From: Mytilus trossulus
Lineage: Eukaryota
Direction: 5' to 3'
DNA: 64,000 nt
NCBI RefSeq assembly: GCF_036588685.1
Contig: NC_086380.1
Span: 8,370,001-8,434,000 of the forward strand
Numbering within the stretch: position 1 is the stretch's first letter; every line of letters starts with the position of its first letter. A model generated the notes under the pieces. The model was not told the DNA's origin. It saw only the letters and a program-made list of their open reading frames with translations, and did not search any database. This document shows, piece by piece, positions 26,041 to 37,500 of this stretch. A program made the position numbers and the translations under genes.

Positions 26041-26261
26041 TACTGTAAACCAACTTATTTTCGCAAGCGATTTATTTTTTCGAATTTCGCAAGTATAAAA
26101 AATATGCAAATATAAATCATTGCGAATATTTAAAATTTGGATCTATCCTTATTAAACTACACCAAATAAATAAGAATATCGCCAAATTAAATAGCTGCGA
26201 AGTTAATAAAAATAAGTAAAACGGGAAATAAAGTATCCGCAAAATTAAGTTGGTTTACAGT
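26041..26261. mobile_element. MITE with ACTGTAAACCAACTTA TIR
   Basis: tactgtaaaccaacttattttcgc / gcaaaattaagttggtttacagt. Confidence 0.75.
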
Positions 26262-28653
26262 GGTAGCTTTGTTATCTAGCCTAAATTTGGGCTTTATTAC
26301 ATTGCATTATATTTAATTTAATTCATACAAATTACATGTATTCTTTGTTGATATTATCCACCAAGTCCATATCATGTAAATGTCAGCAACTATAGGTCTC
26401 TGTATGACCTTTATCAATGAGCATAACCATGACTCTATAGTCAGCTATATGATGGTCCCGTCATGACAAAATAAATGGACTATCAATCAATGTGTGTGTG
26501 TATAATCAATATGTGTTAGTTTGTCTTGATGTTGTTTTATACTATATATTTAGAGCTATTTTTAATTGTTATGAAATAAAATACTTTAATTATGAACCAA
26601 ATTTATCATAGATTTTAATATATTTCTATTTACAATATGTTGTTGTTTTAAACTGATTATAATTGTTATATGAATAAAAAGTATCAAGAAAATTATCTTC
26701 CTCTTCTGAATGTTAGCAAATGATTAAAATCCCATAGGTATACTAGCAATGTTTTTCATCCAACATACAAATGTCAAATGATTAAATGTTAAATTGATAT
26801 TTATCTTCTAAGAAATAAACAAACAAAACATAGTATAAATGAATCGATTCGACTACATAAAAAAATATAAAATTGACATGAAAAAGAGATGAAAGATAGC
26901 TTAAGTATAGCCAAACTCACAAGTCAATAACAAACTGACAAAACTTGAGCAAAAAAATGAAAAACAACCAGAAAGGAAACAACATATAAAACACAATAGA
27001 CTATTAAAGAATCAGCAACAAAAACCTCACCAAAAACCCTTGTCTTGTGCTGAGAAATTAAAGATCAGACTGATCAATTGGGAGTTACAATAATATGTTA
27101 ACGTATAGTGCACAATTATCTAACCTTCTAAGATATTATGATATTTTCTTATAAGCTAGTAATTTGATTGGATGACAATGCCAGACCAATACAAAGAACA
27201 ACATTGTTATCTTCACAATAAACTACTAACAACCTGGAAATATATGCTATACTTGACAACAGATATTATGATTTTAACACTTCAAATTACTTAAAGGGAC
27301 TTTTTTTCAATTAAAAAGCTCTCTACACATATCTGTTCACATAAAGTAATACAAAGTCTCTTGATGTATCAATTTTAATATTTTACCACAAAACTTAAAA
27401 CAATACATATTATCACAGAATTTAGATACTGGCTGTTTTACTGAAGAAGTAGTACATATATAAGAATCATGCAAAATGGAAATTTTGTGTATGCCACATG
27501 GAAGGCTACAAATCTTTATTCTTTTTCATCAGTTTCAAGATGAATCAAGATTAAAGGAATGAGTAATTTATTCCATTTAATGCCTTAGCAGGACTGATAG
27601 TTGATAGAGGGGGGAAGGGGTCAAGATCCAAAAAATCCTGGGCTTAAAAACATGAAATCCTGAGGTCACAAATTTAAAACAAATTAAATCCTGACATCTC
27701 AAAATTCAAAAAAAAAGAAATCCCAGATCCTGAAACACCAAGCTTAAAAACACCAGATCCTGACGTCCCTAAAAAGGTCCTGCAACCCTCTTGATAACAT
27801 TTTACTATAGATTATATAGGATATTATTGGAGTTATCTCCCTTAGCGTGAATTATATAATGCATTCTATAGAAATTAATACTCTCCATGTAAGAATCTCT
27901 TTAAAAATCATTTACATAAAATTGGAAAATGTGGTATGATTGCCAATGCAGTGAGACAATTATCAAATATAGTTCAATAACATGGATTTAATCAATTATA
28001 GGTCACCTTCAACGATAAACAAAACCCATACTGTAGTTTCATTATTATTCGTTGAATACCAATTTTCATGGGTTTCGTTAGTACAGTTGAATCACAAATT
28101 TTAATGTTAATCGAAATACAAATTTCTATTAGGTTGTATACAGATATTGGCAGAACCACGAAAACACATATCCACGAAAAGGCAAGCTTTCAGCAGTCCA
28201 AGAAAATTAGTACCCATGAAAATAAGTGAATATACAGTACAGGAATCCAAACATACTTTTTATCCTTCCTTCAAAAAAAATGTGTAGGCTTTCCACCCAT
28301 TAATTACATTTTGCATGATTCTTACATTGAACAATTATTTTACAAACAATGCCTGTGTATAAAAAACAAGATTGTCTAAAGTATACAACATTCAGTCACA
28401 ACATTTAAGAGGATATGTGCACATAAGAAATCACAAAATAGAATCTTTCCTTAAACGAAAAGAAATTTTATCTTTTATACACAACAAAATTAAGTTAATT
28501 TATTATGCATAAAACCTCTTGAATAAGTTGCATCTTGGACATCAGTTAGTTAAATAAATAATCAACAATTTACATTGGATACAAATGAACTCGTGATGCA
28601 CTTAGGAAATCAAAATAATTACCCGTACTATAATCAATTATGTCTAATAATAT

Positions 28654-30534
28654 AATTAAGAAATAATTCATGGGGGCTTGAATATATCGTGATTTTACCA
28701 CGGGTTGGCCCTTTATGACAAATATTTTACCCTGAGCGATAGCGAGGGGTAAAATATCGGCATAAAGAGACAACCCGTGGTAAAATATAGATATATTCAA
28801 GCCCCTATGAATTATTTCGATTCCAATAGGACAAATACGGCAAATCTTTTGGATCAAAGCGCTCTAGGTGGAGGCTGATATTTGCCGTTCCCATAAATAA
28901 ATGCACCATTCAATTCGCGTAAAAGAATGGAACACTATGAATAAGTGACATGCTTAAACTGTTTACAATAATGTATTTAGATAGTTTTGGCTGAATTTAA
29001 TGATAATTTACTCAAATGTCTTATATGTTTAAAAAAAAATTGGCTTATATTACATTTTAGCATCGTTTGTTTAAGTTTTCTTGTTGTAATGATTTAGGTT
29101 TCACAAGCGTGTATTTCCCCGTAATATGCTTATGTTCTGACGTTGTTGTTCTATGACGTCGGGTAGCTTATTCATTAAAATACATATGACGTGGGAGTAC
29201 AATAGGAACAGCCCTAGCAATATATTCATATTTTACCATGGGTGTGTACACAAAGCATTTGAATGGCGTCATGTTAGAATTAATAAATAATTCATTGGGG
29301 CTTGAATATATATCGTTATTTTACCACGGGTTGGCCCTTTATGACAAATATTTTACCCTGAGCGATAGCGAGGGGTAAAATATCGGCATAAAGGGACAAC
29401 CAGTGGTAAAATATAGATATATTCAAGCCCCCATGAATTATTTTGATTCTAATAGGACAAATAAGGCAAATCTTTTGGATCAAAGCGCTCTAGGTGGAGG
29501 CTGATATTTGCCGTTCCCATAAATAAATGCACCATTCAATTCGCGTAAAAGAATGGAACACTATGAATAAGTGACATGCTTAAACTGTTTACAATAATGT
29601 ATTTAGATAGTTTTGGCTGAATTTAATGATAATTTACTCAAATGTCTTATATGTTTAAAAAAAAATTGGCTTATATTACATTTTAGCATCGTTTGTTTAA
29701 GTTTTCTTGTTGTAATGATTTAGGTTTCACAAGCGTGTATTTCCCCGTAATATGCTTATGTTCTGACGTCGATGTTCTATGACGTCGGGTAGCTTATTCA
29801 TTAAAATACATATGACGTGGGAGTACAATAGGAACAGCCCTAGCAATATATTCATATTTTACCACGGGTGTGTACACAAAGCATTTGAATGGCGTCATGT
29901 TAGAATTAAGAAATAATTCATTGGGGCTTGAATATATATCGTTATTTTACCACGGGTTGGCCCTTTATGACAAATATTTTACCCTGAGCGATAGCGAGGG
30001 GTAAAATATCGGCATAAAGGGACAACCCGTGGTAAAATATAGATATATTCAAGCCCCCATGAATTATTTTGATTCTAATAGGACAAATACGTCAATTTTT
30101 TTGGATCGAAGCCCTCTAGGTGGAGGCCATTATTTGACGTTCCCATAAATTAACGCACTTTTAGATTGGCATAAAAGAACGGAGCAAACGGAATAAGTGA
30201 CATGCTCAAACTATTCACAAAACTTATTTAGATAGATTTGGATGAATTTTAATGATAATTTACTTATATGGCTTCTATGTATAAAACAAAATAGGCTTAT
30301 ACCCCATTTTAGCATCGTTTGTTTACGTTTCCTTGTTGTGATGATTTTCGGTATCAGAAGCGTTTATTTTCCCGTAAAATGCTTAAATTATAACGTCATC
30401 ATTCTATGACGTCGGGTACTTCATTCATAAAAAAACATACATACGTGGGAGTACAATCGGAACAGCCAATGCAATATATTCATATTTTACCACGGGTGTG
30501 TACTCAAACCGTTTGAAGGACGTCATGTTAGAAT
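28654..30534. repeat. Tandem trimer of a ~625-bp unit, each beginning with a ~160-bp imperfect palindrome (Crypton-like non-autonomous element, tentative)
   Basis: Units start at 28654, 29278, 29904; hairpin gaaataattcatgggggcttgaatatatc...gcgatagc...gatatattcaagcccc.atgaattattt. Confidence 0.85.
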
Positions 30535-31518
30535 CCTTGTTATCTGTTAAACATAAGTGTTTCATAAGAGCAGGGTTGTCTGACTAGAATTGTCTCCTGT
30601 GGCAAGGCAAAAGGTCAAGGACAATTTACTTCAAAAGAACTTTTCTCTGGTGAAGGGTTGACCTTATAAAAGGGAGTTTGTTACTACAACAGTGCATAAG
30701 CAAGATCAAAATGAAAAAAACATGCTTTTTTAGATACTACACATATTACATTTAAATAAGTGTATCTTGATATGCCATTTAAATAAATATTGTGCATAAT
30801 TTTACATACAAAATGAATATAACACGCACAGTTATTAATAAAAATAATCAAAATGCATTTTAATTTAAAATTCATAAATTAAATATGTCATGATTTTTTA
30901 AAAACTTGTGATGGATGCTTTGTTCGTATTAAAACAATTGACAACATATTTACTGATATCACATGATCATAAATAAAGATATATTCAAGTAAATAATAAA
31001 TGATAAAAATCTATATTAAAAAATATCACTTTCAACCTCAAAATTATGTATCAGTTAGTTCAAATCATATTCAAATATGGATTAAATGGCTGCACACCAT
31101 GGCTGAATCTAAGCATAGCAAGGTGAAATTTGTTGGGTCAATTAAGTCTATGCAATCCCGGCCGCTTCCCCAAATCTGCCACTGACATATGGATATATGT
31201 AACAACTTGATCTTTTTATAAATTTTCAAACTGATTTATTTATAGTTTTATATGTTTTCTTTATTAGGTCATGTATATAATTAATTAGGCAAGTAAGAAG
31301 GTGTTTTTCTTGACTCTTGCTGTTGGCCAGGGCATATAGTGATATCTATCTTTCTACCTGTTTTTAAAACATATAATTTAACTTTTGTAAAGGTCATGAT
31401 ACAATTAAGTCCTTTATAAGCTTAATTAAGACTTTTCTGGCATACTACCACTTCAAAAACACATGATATTAAATTAAAAAAAACCAAATGACATTTCTAA
31501 AACTCTGTTCATTTATCA

Positions 31519-34500
31519 TCAACTGCTGTCTTCATTAGTGTCATTGATCGGCTCTGACCTATTACCAGCTGTTAACTGTCGTAATACAAGCTTCTTATAG
31601 ACACCACCTTTAGCTATCAGTTCATCGTGTGTTCCATTCTCTGCTATACTGCCTTTGTCTATTACTATTACCTAAAAAGATATAAATCAATATAATGTGA
31701 ACTATTGTTGCACAAAACTTTATTGTTCAAAAGGAAGTTTAACATGAGAAATTTCTTCCTGTCAAATATGCATGAAATAGGTGTGTTTCAAAAGGGGATG
31801 ATAAATAAAAGAAATGCATGTAGCAAACAGGAGTAAATCAAACCGCCAGGACAGTTTTGATTTAGAATAGTATAAACATGTCGGATGTGATTTCTTCATT
31901 ACAACCCTTGTATGTAAACACATTAAAAATCTCTACTGAAAGTACAATGCAAAGTAATCAATGAATTCATTTGGGAAGATATTGTCAAGAGGAAGAATAG
32001 CAATATGGTCATTGATTTTTCTATATATGATGTAACTGCCTGTACTATTATAGTGGAAGTTCTGAGGAGGTCTAAACCGGAAAGGTAGGCATGGTTAATT
32101 ATGTGTTTTGGTATATACTTTATTTTTTATTTGTCTATACTATATATATGAGTATGAGGTAATGGTATACTTCTTATGAAGGTCTGTGTAAAGGTCAGGC
32201 TATGGATCACAACAGTCCCTGTCAATTTTGTTTTTTGGCATATACAATATTTGTCTTTACTATATATACATGTACAAGTATGTAGTAATGGTATACTTCT
32301 GGTGAAGGTCTTTGAAGGTCTGAACCAGTCAGACTATATATCATAACAGACATTGTTAATTATTTGTTTTGGCATATACTGTGGATTTATTATTATTCAT
32401 TGGTTACCAAATTACATGGGTTTTGTGGGTACAGGTTAACCACAAATTGAAATGTTCAACAAACTACAAATGTTCATTTTGCTTTGTATACTTTGTGTGC
32501 AGTGATGGGCACAAACATTGAAATCAAATATCCATGAAAATGAAAGATCATGCAATCCTTGAAAATTAATACCCATGAAAATAAAAGAATCCACAGTACT
32601 ATATATTTAGTGTGTCTATACTATATATACCTTAGAAGCATTCCTGACAGTAGATAATCTATGTGCTATAACAATTACTGTTCTACTCTTCATAGCTCTA
32701 TCTATAGCTTCTTGTACTAAATGTTCACTCTCAGCATCTAATGCACTGGTAGCCTATGGTATAAACAGAACCAGTTCATATGTGTTTTATATATAAGACA
32801 TGTATTAAGTCAAAATTATGTTATTCAAGGATGTCCTGAAATTGAATTGTGGAGGTCTTGAAATAATTCAGGATTTTTCTAAAGTCCCATCGTTGAGCTT
32901 CTCCGTTTAAAATACAACATTTTATTTTACTAATTTGTGCCTCATAGCTATAAGAATGATTTTAAAAGAATGGTGTATTCATCTCAAAATTTCATTTAAA
33001 TATTTCATATATCTATTTTAATCACCCATGAAAATTGAGAAAAGCATTTGTTTTCAATTCTTCAATCAAGTGTGATGCATAATAAAATGCCAAAACGTTT
33101 TTTTTTTATGTCAACAACAGTTCTCATCAAATTTTTGTTTTATGTTGATTTATTGGTTACAATAACTTATTCCATACCTCATCTAACAAAAGAAGTTTAG
33201 GATTCATTATAAGTGCTCTAGCTATGGCAATTCTTTGTTTCTGTCCTCCTGACAACCTCACTCCTCTCTCTCCTACCAAGGTATCATATCCCTTCTCAAA
33301 TGTCTGTATAAACTCATGGGCATTAGCCTGCTTGGCGGCAGCTTCTACCTAAATAAAAAATAAATATAATACAATTATCCAACATTAAGATCTCTGCATA
33401 AACAAAAGCAACTACAATGATTTCTGTATCAATCCCCCCCTTCAAAAAAAATAAAAAATAGGAGATGGTCAAAAATATAAATTTTGCATTTTAAATTTAG
33501 AGTTTCAAAGATAAAAATGCCAGCCAAAAAACAAACACAACACTATCTTCAATTGTATGAGAAACTGATAATTTAAAGCTTTCAGAATACCAGCAAAACA
33601 TGAACTTTGTAATCGATGGGAGGGGAGAACTGAGTGATTATTGCACCACTTCCCTCTACCCCTTTCTTGAAAAACTTCATTTTTTTTGGATTAAATTGTC
33701 ATACTGTGAAAGTACTTTTATTCGTGGGGTACCAATTTTCATGGTTTTCGTGTGTGACTTTATCCACGAATTTAAGTGTACAACGAAACAAAACAACCAT
33801 TGTCCAAATCAATACATGGAAAGATCCCCATGATGGTTTGACTTGATCTATAGAATATATTGAATAATGCCAAATCTGAGAATACAGTATAAGAAGTCAC
33901 AGAACTACAACTGCATGCAGAATTATACATATTTAATCTTTAATAACCTAAACTGTATAACTTTTGATTAATGAAAGTCAGATTTCAGGTATTGATAAGC
34001 TAGCATGATAAAGTGTTCATTTAATATCCTCATAGTTCTCGTACATATGGGAAATAAAAAATTCTAGCTGGGCTTGATTATTTGACAATTCAAGATACAT
34101 TTATAGCTTTTGTTTATGCTGTTGTCTTTAAGTTACATATTTATGGCCTAATTTACCCCTTTGATGGTATTTAATCTGCTGATTGCTTTATCTTGTGTTA
34201 ATCAGTGTTGTCACTATGATTTGCACGGGTCAATGTTTACTTTGCAATTTCCTTCAATCCAGACTATTTGTAACCTTTGTTTCCAAAGGATTTAATGTTT
34301 CAATATTTTAGTTTTTTTTAGAAAACCAAAATCCACGAATTTAAAAACCCACGAACATGTAAATATTGCTAAAACCACGAAAATTAATACCCACAAATTA
34401 AAATCCTTTCACAGTATGCTTTTCCATTGATGACAATTATATCAACAGATATTACTACATAGGTGTATTAAAGCACTTAATTAGTGAGGTTTTCTCCGAC

Positions 34501-37500
34501 AAATCAACAAATGATCACAATATGTGTTCCACATACCTCACTGATATCAGCATTGACACCAAAGGCAATGTTTTCTTTGATAGAACAGGCAAATAATGTT
34601 GGTTCCTGGCTAACCATAGATATCTTCTTCCTAAACCACTGAGGATCTAACTCTTTCAAGTCATAGTCATCTTTAAATAGAATAACATATTTGTGAATGT
34701 TTTACTAATCTCAAAGTGTACCGTTTAAATAAAATAACGAATTTACAATGGATGTAGCTCAAAAATGCATTAAATTAAACAAATAGAGAATGTGTCCATG
34801 GGACAAAGATAACTATGCTGCGAGGGGCATAAAAAAAGGAATACTGTATTTATAGAAGAAGTAAAATGAAATGGTATTTTAAGATCTTCAAAATTTATAT
34901 TCCCTGTTTTTTTTTATTTCCTGAGATGCCATTTTAAATGAAAATTATGAATTCAATATGTGTATATATGTAACACTCCCAAACGTGTCCTTCCCCCCAA
35001 ACGTGTCCGATTCCCCCAAACGTGTCCGATCCCCCAAACGTGTCCGTAATTATTAAACGTTGCCCAAACGTGTCCGATTTCATAACCCCCAAACGTGTCC
35101 GATAATTGTTATTCGCCCAAACGTGTCGCATCTTTAAGCGCTAAAGTGTCTTTAATGACGTCAATAACGTTGACAGCAATTTTAAAATGGGGGACACAAT
35201 TGAAGATGTCGGGTTTCGTTTAGACTCTAAAAAAAGATCAAAACCGTTATCGAAAGACATTAATGCAGAAGTATTTTGGACACAACTACCGGAAATTAAA
35301 ACAGTGACTGAATTGAAAGAAGAAAATCCAAAATGGGGACCTAGTATTTTTTTGACAAAGAAACCAAACAGGTTTATAGAAGAAGTGAAAGTTTAAATGT
35401 TGGGCATAGAAGATGCGTTACCAAATCAGAGCTGATACAGATTATCAAGAAAAATCACGAAACAGATCACAGAAAAAATGATACCATATATGAGACAATA
35501 AGACATGCTGTTTTCCCTGTAGGAAGAGAGACTATAAAATTTTTATTTAAAAATGAAATTACCTGCACTAGCTGTAATGCAGCTGTTGAACTACCTAAAA
35601 CCACAAGGACTAGAAGGCCAATTCCTGCCACTTATCCAAACAGTAGATGGCAGATCGACTTGAAAAAAATGCCTTGTTACAAAGGATTTAATTACGTATG
35701 CAACATTTTAGACTGCTATTCTAGGTTTGCGTTCGGATGTGCCACAAAAACCAAAACAGCAAAGGAAATTGCTGACGTTGTACTTAAATATATTTACTTG
35801 TATGGTGCACCGCGTATTTTACAATCAGATAATGGCAAAGAATTTACCAATAAGGATCTAGAAGGAGTAGTTGAGGAATTTAAGTCAAAACAAATACATG
35901 GCAGGCCGTACCATCCACAGAGTCAAGGGAGAGTTGAAAGATTTAACCGGACAATGACCACATTTTTTCGTGTAAAAATGAGCACTGTAAAAGATTGGGT
36001 TGAAGAACTTCCACATTTTTATTATACCTACAACAACAGAGTTAACTCAGTTACAAAGCCGCTAACTCCTTATCAAATGTACTTCAAAAGACCAAATTTT
36101 GCAACACCGGTGGAAGAACAGGTTTGTATAATTCTGGAACTTATGTTAATGTTTTCTTTTTTTACTAAAACTTTAAAACAACTTTTATAAAAAAGTATTT
36201 ACATTTAAACACAATTTACATGTTTTAGTAATTATATATTGTAATAATGTAATACACTTTTTATTTTGTATTTAGTTTTAAACTTTTCTATATCTTAAAG
36301 ACACACAAAATATTTTTTATATCTTACACTTTAATTTTTAAAGGTGCAATTTATTTATTTTATGGAAACTATTCCTATAAAACCCATGGCTAGATAACAA
36401 TTGATTGTTGGTTGCTCAACGTTCAGTGACAAATATTACATGCATGTCTAGGACGCAAGATAGTAAACTTTAACAGTTCCCGTCATGATAGAATGATAAA
36501 CTATGATTATATATCCATTACATAAATGAAAATAGTTATAAAGTATTATAATAAAATTGTGTATATTTCAGATACCATACCAAAATTTAACTGAAGAAGA
36601 AAGATTGTTTTTAAGTAACGCCCATCTAGATGTTGACGGTGAAGAAGAAAATGAGTGTGAAAGTAGTGCAGCAAATAATAATCAAGAAAAAATTGTGGAT
36701 ACGGCAACTGACGGGTATGATGAACAGCTATCATTAGAAGGTATTCAACTTAATCCACTATTGCAATTAAATCTACTTGCTTAAATACTTTAAACTTCAA
36801 ATGATGGGATAAAACAAAATTAAAAACTAAATTATCTTAAAATGTATTGATTTCCCTTTTAGTTGTCTTCGTAAAATAAATTTTCATCTGATGTGCACGT
36901 CTTTGCAACTTTTTGTTGGTACTACATTTAATAGTTGTAAAGTAAATCATTACTGGAAGCTACTTAAAGGTAGCAAAGCATAATTATTTATATGCATACA
37001 AGTCTTTTGAAAAGTTCTTCTTGCAAAAAGGGGAACGAAACTAGTGTAAAGCGTTTAGACGGCGATTCTGTGATTTACTTTACTAAAGTGTATAAATTGT
37101 TCTTACCAATACTGAACTAACCTAACTCTTATCTACGTTTACTTAACCCTTGTCTTTATTTAATTCTTATTTAAAAATACATCCTCACGCATTTTACGCG
37201 TAACAATTTAAAAAAAAACTTCTTAAGTTAACACATACACAATAACTTCTTTTATCTTATTTATGTTAAAACTGTTAGAAAAAAAAACCTACCAAACACA
37301 AACCGTATCAAAAATTGCTGGAATCTTTAAAGGAAAAACATATTTATAAATGCCAACGATAATTAGTAAATTATAGAGTAAACTTCTAGTTTTATTGTCT
37401 GTAAAAGTAACTTATAAGTTTTTAATTTTAGAAACTTTACAACTACTAGAAGACATCGCATCGCCTACCAAGGATATAACTGAAGACCAAACCAATGAAG

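Noticed and set aside
34934-35131. CRISPR-like appearance and short ORFs (also 40315-40542) from repeated CCCAAACGTGTCC
   Set aside because: Spacers are very short and irregular, the repeats are inverted at the other end of the element, the context is eukaryotic and there are no cas genes; these are transposon subterminal repeats.
35660-36190. Integrase as part of an LTR retrotransposon or Polinton
   Set aside because: No gag, protease, RT, LTRs, polB or capsid genes; the TIRs with TGT/ACA ends and a 4-bp TSD fit Ginger.
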